Shown here: positions 28,400-37,625 of the stretch, one piece after another | How positions within the stretch are numbered: the first letter of the stretch is position 1 | How the letters are laid out: the number at the start of each line of letters is the position of its first letter | Assembly: GCA_028821575.1 (NCBI GenBank) | Contig: JAPPFW010000051.1 | Location: 15,465-79,464 of the forward strand | Length of the DNA stretch: 64,000 nucleotides | Direction: 5' to 3' | Source of the DNA: a bacterium | GTDB lineage: Bacteria; Actinomycetota; Acidimicrobiia; Spongiisociales; Spongiisociaceae | The notes under the pieces: generated by a model | Databases searched by the model: none | Told to the model about the DNA's origin: nothing | The model's input: the letters and a program-made list of their open reading frames with translations, nothing else | Program-made: the position numbers and the translations under genes

Positions 28400-29820
28400 C
28401 CTTGGAGACCGGCCAGCCCTCGGCCTCACAGCTCATCGACGCTTACAGGAGTGGGGAGGTCTCGCCCCTCGAGGTTGTCGAGTCGTCCCTCCGGCGGATA
28501 GAGCGTCTCGATCCGAACATCGGAGCATTCCGCGAGGTGCTCCACGAGCGCGCTATCGACGAGGCGCGGTATCGCACCGACCAACTCGTCCGGGGAGAGT
28601 GGGCGGGTCCGCTCCACGGAGTCCCCGTTGCCATCAAGGAACTGTTCGATGTCGAGGGCGCGCCGGGTTGCTACGGGTCCACGATCCTGGGGGACCGCAT
28701 CGCTCCGTCGGACGCCGCCGCCGTGGCCCGCTGGCGGGAGGCCGGGGCCATAGTCGTCGGTACCACCCGCTCGCACGAGTTCGGCTGGGGCATCACCACC
28801 CAGCACGCAGAGTTCGGGAGCACCCTGAATCCCTGGGACACCGACCGCGTACCGGGCGGGTCGAGCGGGGGATCGGCTGCGGCGCTCGCGGTCGGCATGG
28901 TCCCGCTGGCGCTCGGAAGCGACACCGGCGGCTCGATCCGGATCCCGGCCTGCTTCTGCGGGATAGCGGGGATCAAGCCGACCTACGGCCGGGTGGCCAA
29001 GCGAGGCGCGGTCTCGCTCGCGCCGTCCCTGGACCACCCGGGACCGCTAGCCCGCACCGTCCCGGATCTGGCGATCGGTCTGGCAGCCATGGCCGGATAC
29101 GATGCCTCGGACCCCAGCACCCTGGCCGTCGAGCCGCCTTCCGGTTCGGTTACGGCTTCACTCGCCGGTGTCCGGGTGGGTGTGGTTGCCGACCTCCATC
29201 TCCGGCCACTGCGCAGGGATCACCAGGCGCGATTCGAAGCCGCCCTGGAGGCCATGTCCGGGTCGGGCGCCCAACTCGTCCCTCTCGGCTTTGCGGGGGC
29301 GGACGAGATCCGTCCGACCTTCGCGGCGATCCAGATGGCCGAAGCGCACCACACCCATTCGTCGGTTCTGGGATTCTTCCCCGAGCGGGCGTCCGAATAC
29401 GGCGCCGACGTGAGAGGACGGCTGGAACTGGCGGCAGGCGTCACGCTGGCCGAGTACCTGTCCGCTCTCGAAAGCAAGCGGGTCCTCCGGCACCGCTTCG
29501 CCCGCCTGTTCGACGAGGTCGACGTGGTGGTCACCCCGATAACGGCCGGAGGGCCGTCCACCACTTCCGAGCCCGACATCTCGTTCGACGGTACCGGGGA
29601 GGGGCCGTTCCGCGATGTGGTGATGGACTACACCGTTCCCCAGGATCTGTTCGGACTGCCCGTGTGCGCGGTTCCCAACGGGCTGGACGACGACGGACTC
29701 CCTCTGGGAGTCCAGCTGACCGGCCCGGCCCTGTCCGAGAACGCGGTGATGAATGCAGCGGCTGGAGCCGCAGAACTCCTCGAAAGCCCCGGGTTCCCAC
29801 CTGTAGCATACGGGCGCTAG
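28396..29820 (+). CDS. amidase-signature (AS) family amidase
   Basis: 474 aa with GGSSGGSAAA and GSDTGGSIRIP motifs. GTGA overlap with the cupin gene. Confidence 0.9.
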   Translation: MTLETGQPSASQLIDAYRSGEVSPLEVVESSLRRIERLDPNIGAFREVLHERAIDEARYRTDQLVRGEWAGPLHGVPVAIKELFDVEGAPGCYGSTILGDRIAPSDAAAVARWREAGAIVVGTTRSHEFGWGITTQHAEFGSTLNPWDTDRVPGGSSGGSAAALAVGMVPLALGSDTGGSIRIPACFCGIAGIKPTYGRVAKRGAVSLAPSLDHPGPLARTVPDLAIGLAAMAGYDASDPSTLAVEPPSGSVTASLAGVRVGVVADLHLRPLRRDHQARFEAALEAMSGSGAQLVPLGFAGADEIRPTFAAIQMAEAHHTHSSVLGFFPERASEYGADVRGRLELAAGVTLAEYLSALESKRVLRHRFARLFDEVDVVVTPITAGGPSTTSEPDISFDGTGEGPFRDVVMDYTVPQDLFGLPVCAVPNGLDDDGLPLGVQLTGPALSENAVMNAAAGAAELLESPGFPPVAYGR

Positions 29821-29841
29821 CGATCACGATCGGGGAGTCTC

Positions 29842-30672
29842 TTGGCGGTTGTTGCACTGAACACGGGCGTTGACCTCTACTACGAGTGGCACGGCGCGGC
29901 CGATGGCCCACCGGTCGTATTCGTGCGCGGTACCGGCGCCGACGGATCCCGATGGCTACCCCAGGTGGAGGAGTACCGTCACCGGTACCGGTGCCTGATC
30001 TTCGACAATCGCGGATCGGGAAGGAGTTCGGCCCCCCCGGGCCCCTACAGCGTCCCGATGATGGTGGAGGACACCATCGCGCTTCTGGACCACCTAGGGA
30101 TTGAGACGTGCCACCTGTCCGGCATGTCGCTGGGCGGTGCGATCTCGCTCAGGCTGGCCATCGACTTTCCGGAGCGGGTGACGACCCTGCAACTCCACGG
30201 CGCCTGGGCGAAGACCCACGGCTACGCCAAGATGTACCTGTCGTTGCTCGGGCGGTTTCTCGAGGAGGGTGGTCTGGACTTCTATTACGAGGCCGCGCTG
30301 CTCTACCTGTTCCCGCCTGACTTCCTGACCGAGCACTACGACCTCGCGCAGGAGATGCTGGCACGGATGAAAGCCAACTCGTCACCCATCGATGGGCTCG
30401 CCGGACAGATCGCAGCCAACCTGACGCATGACGAGGCGGACCGTCTGTCCCTCGTCCGGGCGCCCACGCTCGTAACGGTGGGGGAACTCGACATGTGCCT
30501 GCCGCCGTTCTTCAGCCGTGAACTCGCCGACGGGATCCCCGACGCGGAGCTGGTGGTGTTTCCCGGCGGGTCGCACCTGTTCGGCATGCAGGATCCGGTC
30601 ACCTTCAACCGGGTGACGCTCGACTGGCTGGCAGGGCAGCAGGGACCAGCCGCTCCGGGTCCCGGTGGGTGA
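29842..30672 (+). CDS. alpha/beta-fold hydrolase (3-oxoadipate enol-lactonase-like)
   Basis: 276 aa with the nucleophile elbow GMSLGG, an HG oxyanion region and a C-terminal GGSHL motif. Confidence 0.85.
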   Translation: MAVVALNTGVDLYYEWHGAADGPPVVFVRGTGADGSRWLPQVEEYRHRYRCLIFDNRGSGRSSAPPGPYSVPMMVEDTIALLDHLGIETCHLSGMSLGGAISLRLAIDFPERVTTLQLHGAWAKTHGYAKMYLSLLGRFLEEGGLDFYYEAALLYLFPPDFLTEHYDLAQEMLARMKANSSPIDGLAGQIAANLTHDEADRLSLVRAPTLVTVGELDMCLPPFFSRELADGIPDAELVVFPGGSHLFGMQDPVTFNRVTLDWLAGQQGPAAPGPGG

Positions 30673-31270
30673 GCGGTTTCCTGCTGGGGAGGCCGGTTCG
30701 GAAGAGCGACGCATACGGATCCTGGCCATACCCGGCAGCCTCAGGAGGGCCTCGTACAACCGGAAGTTGCTCGAGGCAGCGAAGCGGCTCGCCCGGGCTG
30801 CTGTCGAAGTCGACATCTACGACGACGGGTTGCGGATACCGCTGTTCAACGAGGACTCCGAGGGGGACCTCACGCCACAGCCGGTGCTGGAGTTGCGTGC
30901 CAGGATCCGCTCGGCCGACGCAGTGCTCATCGCGTCTCCCGAGTACAACGGCAGCATCACGGGTGTCCTGAAGAACCTGATCGATTGGGCATCGCGCCCG
31001 TACGGCCGGTCTGCGTTCGAAGGCAAGCCGGTGTCGGTGGTGGGTGGGAGCCCATCCCGGTTCGGCGCTCAGAGGTCCCAGCAAACCGCGATCGCAGTCC
31101 TCGGGAGCGCCGGGGCGAGGGTCGTCGGAGGTCCGCACCCGGTCAAGAACGTCTTCTCCCTGGTCGACCCGGACGGGTGTCTCAGCGATCGAGCAACACT
31201 CGAGATGCTTCAGAGCGTATTGGACGAGTTGGCCGCAGTTGCCGGGGCTTCCACGGAGGGAGGTTCCTGA
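30665..31270 (+). CDS. NAD(P)H-dependent FMN reductase family protein
   Basis: ILAIPGSLRRASYNRKLL...PEYNGSITGVLKNLIDW matches the flavodoxin-like FMN_red pattern. Confidence 0.8.
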   Translation: MGERFPAGEAGSEERRIRILAIPGSLRRASYNRKLLEAAKRLARAAVEVDIYDDGLRIPLFNEDSEGDLTPQPVLELRARIRSADAVLIASPEYNGSITGVLKNLIDWASRPYGRSAFEGKPVSVVGGSPSRFGAQRSQQTAIAVLGSAGARVVGGPHPVKNVFSLVDPDGCLSDRATLEMLQSVLDELAAVAGASTEGGS

Positions 31271-31417
31271 CCGGCCCGGCGCCGGCGGGCCCAGAACACG
31301 GATCCGAGGTTAAGCGTTCCGTAGCCGGCCTAGGCCACGGCCGGCGGTGTGACCGATCCCGCGATGGCCGCCCGGTCGACGAGGCCGGCGAGCACCGTCC
31401 CACCGCCATGCCCAGAC

Positions 31418-31648
31418 GGGTAGTTCCAAGCGATCGGACCGGCAAGGGTTCCCTTGCGATCGGTACATAACAAACCACACACAAACACCTCTTACGCACT
31501 GCTCCGGGGTTCTTGGCACGGGCTCCGAATCCTTCTGATCGTGAATGCCACCCGAGACGTGACTCGGAACCGGGGATACCGCCACTGAGGCAGGGAACAT
31601 GACCCAACCACAACCGACCACTTCCAGAAACCCCTTGGAACTAACCAT
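31418..31648 (-). repeat. copy 2 of a hairpin-closed structured intergenic element (candidate ncRNA or MITE-like)
   Basis: Aligns end-to-end with 46023-46270 (+). Complementary termini TAGTTCCAAG/CTTGGAACTA. Conserved hairpin CCGAG-N6-CTCGG at 31552-31567. It starts 27 nt after the co-oriented cotransporter stop. Confidence 0.6.
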
Positions 31649-31677
31649 CTGGCTGGCACTTTTCCGTGGGGGACTCC

Positions 31678-32814
31678 TCAGCGGAGCAGAGCGACGCCGA
31701 CGAGCGGCACGACGATGAAGGTTCCCACCACATAGGCCACGGCCAGCAATCGCCGCTCGACTGCCACCTTGGCCAGGGTCTCGGCTGCACGGATGGGGAT
31801 CTCCCGTAACGGCGTGATCGGGTAGAGCAGCAGGATCCCGCCGATGTTGAACAGGGTGTGGACCAGCGCGATCGTGAGGGCTTCGGGCCTGCTGGTTGCG
31901 AGAGCCGCCAGCAATGCCGTGATAGTGGTGCCGACATTGGCTCCCAGGGTGACCGGGTAGGCGTTACGCAGCGATAGGACACCGGCGGCGGACAGCGGGA
32001 TCAGCATCGATGTGGTGATGCTCGATGACTGCACCGAGATCGTGATCGCCACCCCCACCAGCAGGGCGACTATGCCGCTGCCTTTGCCGAGAGCCGTGTT
32101 CAGGGACTGCTCCACGCGGGCCGCCACGAGTCGGCGCATGCTCTTGGTTACCAGCGCGAGCGCGAGCAGCACGGTCACTATCCCGCAGACGACGAGCAGC
32201 GCGCCGAGCGTGTTGCCAACTGCCCCGACGCCGCTCCACAGATCTTCGAGCCAGCCGACCGGTTCCTTCACCCACGCCTTCACAGGACTCTTCCACTCGG
32301 TGCCGGCCGAGCCGACCAGCGGCTCGCTGATCCGCTGGGCGAGACGCGAAATGGCTTGGGTCGTCAACTCGAGAGGCAACAGGATCGCAACGATCGCCAC
32401 GTTGAAGAAGTCGTGCACGGTCGCCGCCGCGAAGGCTCGCTTGAACTCGAACGACCGTCTCGCATGTGCGAGTGACACGAGGGTGTTGGTCACCGTAGTG
32501 CCGATGTTGGCGCCCATCACCATGGGCACGGCATACTCGAAACCCAGCGCGCCGGAGGCGACGAGACCGACGATGACCGATGTGCTGGCCGAAGATGACT
32601 GCACCAGCACCGTGCCGAGGATTCCGATGAAGAGTCCGGCGAGCGGGTTCCTGACGCTGGAGAAGAGTGCCTCCTGGGTGTTGCCGCCCAGGTGGCCGAT
32701 GCCGGACTCGAGCGACGAGACACCGACCAGGAACAGGTAAATCAGACTCGCCACCAGCCCCGCTCTCACCAGTGGGGACCTCAACGGATCCTCCACCCTG
32801 GCCGGAATGGTCAT
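31678..32814 (-). CDS. Na+/phosphate cotransporter (NptA/PNaS) family protein
   Basis: Duplicated GANIGTTVTN / GANVGTTITA motifs. Start taken at MTIPARVEDP (ATG 32814) rather than the track start at 32937. Confidence 0.85.
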   Translation of the reverse strand: MTIPARVEDPLRSPLVRAGLVASLIYLFLVGVSSLESGIGHLGGNTQEALFSSVRNPLAGLFIGILGTVLVQSSSASTSVIVGLVASGALGFEYAVPMVMGANIGTTVTNTLVSLAHARRSFEFKRAFAAATVHDFFNVAIVAILLPLELTTQAISRLAQRISEPLVGSAGTEWKSPVKAWVKEPVGWLEDLWSGVGAVGNTLGALLVVCGIVTVLLALALVTKSMRRLVAARVEQSLNTALGKGSGIVALLVGVAITISVQSSSITTSMLIPLSAAGVLSLRNAYPVTLGANVGTTITALLAALATSRPEALTIALVHTLFNIGGILLLYPITPLREIPIRAAETLAKVAVERRLLAVAYVVGTFIVVPLVGVALLR

Positions 32815-32882
32815 ATAGCTATAGGCGTCATGTGATGTGGATCGTCCTGGGGGCGTCGACCGGCTGATTGTACTCCCGCAAC

Positions 32883-32939
32883 GGGCACAGGGCAGGAGGC
32901 AAGGGCCGGTGGCCGGTGGGCGGTGAGCACTGGGCACAG
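32883..32939. repeat. heptanucleotide tandem array (GCCGGTG-type units)
   Basis: GCCGGTG GCCGGTG GGCGGTG AGCACTG GGCACAG, preceded by GGGCACA GGGCAGG AGGCAAG. Roughly complementary to the array at 33101-33177. Confidence 0.75.
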
Positions 32940-33100
32940 GTCAACACCTACCGGGCGCCCGGTGTCTGATACCTGGCCCCTATCCACACCTCTTGATTTA
33001 TCTGATATCATGTTGTACAACGTAGGATCCCGTGTGTACTGACCAGGCCGTCGCCGGTTGTCGTTTATCGGTTGAATGGCAATCCCCAGGTTCGAATCCA

Positions 33101-33177
33101 CCAGCACCCAGCACCCAGCACCCGGCACCCGGCACCCGGCACCCGGCACCCAACACCCAACACCTAGCCCCTAACCC
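33101..33177. repeat. heptanucleotide tandem array, 11 units
   Basis: (CCAGCAC)x3 (CCGGCAC)x4 (CCAACAC)x2 CTAGCCC CTAACCC. The last units contain the TAG stop and the last codons of the amidohydrolase gene at 33164. Confidence 0.85.
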
Positions 33178-34411
33178 CTGATGTTCTCCCCTGGGTGTCC
33201 TTGCGGATGCGTCCACCTTTGATCACGCCCACGATCCGGGCGGGGTCGGCCAGAACCTCGATCTCGTCCAGTGGTCGGCCCTCCACCAGGATCAGGTCGG
33301 CCTCCTTGCCCACTTCGACGGTGCCGATCCGGTCAGCCATGTAGAAGAGTTCGGCGTTTCCCGTGGTGGCGGTGGCGATCGCTTCGGCCGGGCTCATGAA
33401 CTTGGCCTTGTTGGGCAACTCCCGGCCGCGCCTGTCCTGCAGGGGGCCGACGATATCGGAGCCCGAACCGACCTTGACCCCGGTCTCTCCCATTATCTCG
33501 ATGCTCCGGCCCACCTCGGTCTCGACCGCTTGGAGCTTGGTGAGCTGTGACGGCGTGAGGCCGGCATGCTCCGGATCCGCCAGGAGGTCGTACTTCACCG
33601 CCAGGGTGACCACCGCAAAAGCGTCGGACTCCACGATCTGGCGGGCGGCGTCCTCGTCGAGGATGCTGGCGTGCTCTATGGAACGGATCCCTGCCGACAG
33701 GGCCCGGCGGATGGCGTCGGAGGTGTGGCAGTGGGCGAGCACGTAGGTGTGCCAATCCGCTGCCGCCTCCACCGCGGCCCGCAGTTCCGCGTAGCTGAAC
33801 TGGAGGCTGTCGAACGGATCGGTGGGGGAGAGGACCCCGCCGGAACTGAACACCTTTATCTGGGTGGCGCCCTTCCTCAACTGCTCGCGGGCCGCCCGCC
33901 GTACCTCGTCGGCGCCGTCGACTATCTCCGGGGTGGCCGACAGCCCGGGAATGCTCCCCCGGGGATGCTCGATGTGATGGGCGGGTCGCAGGTCGCCATG
34001 CCCGCCGGTCTGGGAGAGGACGGAGCCCGAGGGGAGGATGCGGGGCCCGTCGATGACGCCCTGTTCCACCAGGCGCGCCCAGTGGGGGTCGAGGCCGCCC
34101 GCGTCCCGCACGGTGGTGAAGCCCTCCTGGAGCGTGTTCTCGATGATGCGCCGGACCGTGAACACGTAGTCGATCCAGGGCAGGTCACCGATACCGCCCG
34201 CCGGGGAGACCAGGCCCATGTGGACATGGGCGTCGGTGAGTCCGGGCATCAGCGTCAGGCCCGTTGCGTCGATGACCCGATCGGGGGAACTCCCCACCCC
34301 GCGGCCGATGCCGCTGATCAGCGCCTCTGATACAGCCACATCCGTGCTTGCCTGCGGGGCGGCCCCGGTGCAGTCCAGCAGTTCGGCGCCGCGGATAACG
34401 AGGCTGGTCAT
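33164..34411 (-). CDS. amidohydrolase-superfamily metallohydrolase
   Basis: 415 aa with PGLTDAHVHMG and AHCH motifs. ATGA overlap with the upstream NicX-like gene. Confidence 0.85.
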   Translation of the reverse strand: MTSLVIRGAELLDCTGAAPQASTDVAVSEALISGIGRGVGSSPDRVIDATGLTLMPGLTDAHVHMGLVSPAGGIGDLPWIDYVFTVRRIIENTLQEGFTTVRDAGGLDPHWARLVEQGVIDGPRILPSGSVLSQTGGHGDLRPAHHIEHPRGSIPGLSATPEIVDGADEVRRAAREQLRKGATQIKVFSSGGVLSPTDPFDSLQFSYAELRAAVEAAADWHTYVLAHCHTSDAIRRALSAGIRSIEHASILDEDAARQIVESDAFAVVTLAVKYDLLADPEHAGLTPSQLTKLQAVETEVGRSIEIMGETGVKVGSGSDIVGPLQDRRGRELPNKAKFMSPAEAIATATTGNAELFYMADRIGTVEVGKEADLILVEGRPLDEIEVLADPARIVGVIKGGRIRKDTQGRTSGVRG

Positions 34412-35460
34412 TGGTGGCTTCCTTCCTGGTAGTCGAGTTGCAACTCGGGTATGACGAAGTTCCCCCTGTCGATGACCTGGAGGTCGTCCACCCAGATCGA
34501 GTGGTTCCGGGTCGGGATGTCGAAGTGGAACGGAGCCCGGTTCTCACCGTCGAGAGCCCTCATGAAGTTGGCGCCGAAGGCGATGAGCATGTTGCCGTAG
34601 TAGCTCTCGACGTCCATCACTCCGCCACCCTCCCAGTAGCGAAGACCGAGGGCGTTCCAGTTGGCCCGGTGCTCGTATCCCCACCCGATATGGGATACGC
34701 CGTAGGTGCGCTCGTCCCGGGGCGCCTCGAAGTGATCCCTGGCGAGCCGGGCGTCGGTTCCCCCCTCGATGGATACGATGCTCCCCTCCCGGAGTTCCAT
34801 CTTGATTGGGGACATCACGTACCGGCCAAGATTGATGAGGCAGTCGCCCTCGTCCAGTACGAGGGTGCCTTCCGCCGAATGCTCCAACGGGGCCACCACC
34901 ACCTGTCCCGACGGCCAGTGGTCCCAGCGTCCCGGCGTATCGGTGTACCCGTACTGGGTCATGACCGGACGTCCCGCATAGCTCAGGGTCAGATCGGTCC
35001 CGGCCTCGGATTCGAGGTGCAGGGTGGTGCCGGCCTGCATCAGGGCCTCGCTGACCTCCGCCCGGCGCCGTATCTCGGGGATCGGGAACATCCGCCGGAG
35101 CATGTCCTCGGGTTCCAGGAGCATGAGCGTGCGCGCTCCGGCATCGAGGGCCGCGTTGTGAGCGTCGCTGTAGATCCACTCGGTGGTGGGCGTGGCCACC
35201 ACCAGATCGGATCCCTTCCAGGCGTCGATGATGGCCCGGGACTTCATCCAGCTCTCGTCGGCGGCCACCACGATCTGGAAGTAGTCGGCCCCGAGCACCC
35301 GAGCCGCTGCGGCCAGCGCGATGCTGTACACCTGGTTGCTCATGGTGTCGGTGAACCCGAGCACTGTCTCGCCGGGCTGCACGTTGCACAATTCCAGGTG
35401 GTCCCTGAAGAGCGGGACTAGCTCCGCTCCGGCCGCGGATGTGGTTGGGACTCGGCGCAT
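34408..35460 (-). CDS. NicX-like 2,5-dihydroxypyridine dioxygenase / M29 aminopeptidase-T-fold protein
   Basis: 350 aa. Blocks GRWDHWPSG, AEGTLVLD, YGVSHIGWG and HFDIP resemble NicX-family ring-cleaving dioxygenases as I remember them. Confidence 0.65.
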   Translation of the reverse strand: MRRVPTTSAAGAELVPLFRDHLELCNVQPGETVLGFTDTMSNQVYSIALAAAARVLGADYFQIVVAADESWMKSRAIIDAWKGSDLVVATPTTEWIYSDAHNAALDAGARTLMLLEPEDMLRRMFPIPEIRRRAEVSEALMQAGTTLHLESEAGTDLTLSYAGRPVMTQYGYTDTPGRWDHWPSGQVVVAPLEHSAEGTLVLDEGDCLINLGRYVMSPIKMELREGSIVSIEGGTDARLARDHFEAPRDERTYGVSHIGWGYEHRANWNALGLRYWEGGGVMDVESYYGNMLIAFGANFMRALDGENRAPFHFDIPTRNHSIWVDDLQVIDRGNFVIPELQLDYQEGSHQ

Positions 35461-35552
35461 CGGCCAACTGCCTTCTCGGATGGCTGCGGGCGTATACTAC
35501 GTCCGATGTTGAGGGCCGCTGTCCTTCGCTCCGTCACCTCCCTGCGCTCGGC

Positions 35553-36596
35553 ATGAGCCTGCGGTTCGGTCTCATCGGCACCGGGGGAGGGGGCCACCTC
35601 TTCGCCGGCGCGCTGGCCGGCCGTCCCGGCGGGGCGCGCCTGGTTTCGGTCTGCTCCCGCAACCGGGAGAAAGCGACCGACTTCGCCGCCATATACGGGG
35701 TCACGGAGGTATTCACCGACTGGCGTGAACTGATCCGGTCGGACATAGATGCGGTGTGCGTGGCGTCGCCCACCGGCGATCACGCCCGGATGACCGTCGG
35801 GGCCGCCGCCCAAGGACTCCACGTGCTGACCGAGAAGCCCATCGCGGCCTCCGTGGCCGACGCCGACCGGATGATCGAGGCCTGTGACCGGGCGGGGGTG
35901 ACCCTCGGCTGCATCTACATGTACCGCTTCATGGACATCGCCCTGCGGATGAAGGAGGCGGTAACCGGAGGGCTGATCGGCCAACCCCTGATCGCCGAGT
36001 GCACCGGGCTGTTCTACCGGGACCAGCCCTACTACGACTCCGGCGCATGGCGGGGCAGATGGGAGACGGAGGGAGGAGGGTCGCTGGTCACCCAGACCAG
36101 CCACACCCTGGACCTGATGATCTGGATGCTGGGCGACGTCGACGCGGTCGCCGGCTTCTACAGCACCTCGCCTCTCCACCGGATCGAGGTCGAGGACTCC
36201 ACGCTGGGAGTGCTGAGGTTCGCCAACGGGACCCTTGCCACCGTGACGAGCACCACCGCGGCGATCAACCCCAGGCCGCGCAGCCTCACTATCCGGGGGA
36301 CCCTGGGGACGGTGGGCCTGCTGGACGACGACCTGGTGCAGTGGGATGTACCCGGCGGGGTTTCACCCGAGATCGGGGAACTGATGAACGCCGGTCCGGT
36401 AGACCGGGGGGACACGCTGACCACGGCCGGCTACGCCGACTCCACCCTGCACCACCTCCAGATGGAGGACTTCGTGGCGGCGGTAGCGGAGGGCCGCCCG
36501 CCGCTGGTGGATGGCTGGGAGGGTCGCCGTACTACGGCGGTGATGGAGGCCCTTTACGAGTCCTCCCGCCGAGGCGAGGTGGTCAGACCTGATTGA
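35553..36596 (+). CDS. Gfo/Idh/MocA-family NAD(P)-dependent oxidoreductase
   Basis: N-terminus MSLRFGLIGTGGGG, with the EKP motif (LTEKPIA). ATG at 35553. Confidence 0.85.
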   Translation: MSLRFGLIGTGGGGHLFAGALAGRPGGARLVSVCSRNREKATDFAAIYGVTEVFTDWRELIRSDIDAVCVASPTGDHARMTVGAAAQGLHVLTEKPIAASVADADRMIEACDRAGVTLGCIYMYRFMDIALRMKEAVTGGLIGQPLIAECTGLFYRDQPYYDSGAWRGRWETEGGGSLVTQTSHTLDLMIWMLGDVDAVAGFYSTSPLHRIEVEDSTLGVLRFANGTLATVTSTTAAINPRPRSLTIRGTLGTVGLLDDDLVQWDVPGGVSPEIGELMNAGPVDRGDTLTTAGYADSTLHHLQMEDFVAAVAEGRPPLVDGWEGRRTTAVMEALYESSRRGEVVRPD

Positions 36597-36674
36597 GACT
36601 GAGCGTGCGCGAAGGTGTCATCGGTCTGACCCTCGAACCGGGACAATTGGTTCAGTCGGGAGGTGAGTTCGAAC

Positions 36675-37166
36675 ATGTCTGAACGACCCGACCGCAAGGA
36701 TGCTCGAATGGTCGGGCTGGCCGTCGGGGTCGTGGCCGTCGTGGTGGTAACAGCACTGTTCAGCGGGGATGATGCCCCCAGCAGGCGCGAACCTGGCGCC
36801 TACACCCAACATGTCGTGGAGCGAACCATCGATCGTTACGAGCGCGACGGGCGACAGGCAACCCTGCGTTTCGTGAACAGCCTGGAGAGCGTCGACGGCC
36901 AGTGGTATCCGTTCATCATCGACCATGACGGGTACACCATCGCTCACCACAATCCGGCGATGATTCGACGGGATCCCAGCGAGCGCGTGGACTCCACCGG
37001 CTACTTCTACGGCGATGACGTGCTGGCGGCCACCGACGAGGGCCGCTGGGTCAGCTACGTGTTCCACAACCCCGATACGGGCCAGGAACAGAGGAAGCAC
37101 ACCTGGGTGGTCCGCCACGACGGACTGATCTTCGGTTCCGGCTGGTACGAGGTGAGCGGGTCTTAG
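36675..37166 (+). CDS. membrane-anchored Cache/PAS-like extracytoplasmic domain protein
   Basis: The ATG is 8 nt after GGAGGTGA. It has one N-terminal TM segment, then a single-Cache-like region (YPFIIDHDGYTIAHH...WVSYVFHNP). There is no output domain. Confidence 0.5.
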   Translation: MSERPDRKDARMVGLAVGVVAVVVVTALFSGDDAPSRREPGAYTQHVVERTIDRYERDGRQATLRFVNSLESVDGQWYPFIIDHDGYTIAHHNPAMIRRDPSERVDSTGYFYGDDVLAATDEGRWVSYVFHNPDTGQEQRKHTWVVRHDGLIFGSGWYEVSGS

Positions 37167-37201
37167 GTGGGTAATCACGAGGTTGCTCACCCCGGTTGGC
37201 G

Positions 37202-37447
37202 TCACGCGACAGCGATCGCCTTCACCGGCTGGAGGGTTTCGGAGATGAGTGCTAGGTCGTCGGCTCCAATCCCTTCAAGGGAAACCCCCTGGCTCACTGC
37301 TAGGAATTCGTAGGCGAAAACACGACCGGCCCGATCGAGGTGGGAAATCCGGGTCTCGTCGAGTCGGCGTCCACCTGCCTCTCCTCCGGTAGGGGGGCGT
37401 AGCACGACGAAGATAGCGTCCGCCTCCAAGTCGTAGCGAACCTGCAT
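37202..37447 (-). CDS. DUF2283-family small protein
   Basis: MQVRYDLEADAIFVVL... is the typical DUF2283 N-terminus. ATG at 37447. Confidence 0.6.
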   Translation of the reverse strand: MQVRYDLEADAIFVVLRPPTGGEAGGRRLDETRISHLDRAGRVFAYEFLAVSQGVSLEGIGADDLALISETLQPVKAIAVA

Positions 37448-37625
37448 CCAGACAGCTCCCTTCACAAAGCAATCCAGTAAACCGTAATGACGATAGCGGC
37501 TCTCAACCTGCATTCGCGAGTACCTACGCTACCTTGACTGTCACAACAGGTCGTATTCCTAGGGTCGATCCGGTCACGACTGACCAATCCAACGCACCTT
37601 CGTTACCCCAAAGGAAGCGATGGAC

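Noticed and set aside
31560-31600. GCCACTG (B12-box-like) and GGGAAC motifs suggesting a cobalamin riboswitch in copy 2
   Set aside because: The motif order is reversed relative to the riboswitch consensus, the rest of the conserved core is missing, and the element is not upstream of any gene in that orientation.
33081-33110. tRNA-like T-loop GGTTCGAATCC suggesting a tRNA gene or an att-site fragment
   Set aside because: The flanking bases cannot form a 5-bp T-stem (CCAGG versus CCACC). No acceptor, D or anticodon arms can be drawn, and no integrase is nearby.
33101-33177. Heptamer arrays as a CRISPR array
   Set aside because: The units are 7 nt and directly abutting, with no spacers of unique sequence, and there are no cas genes.
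36618-37205. 195-aa ORF antisense to the Cache-like gene
   Set aside because: It is fully antisense to an ORF that has a strong RBS, a TM anchor and a recognisable fold pattern, and it has no motifs of its own.
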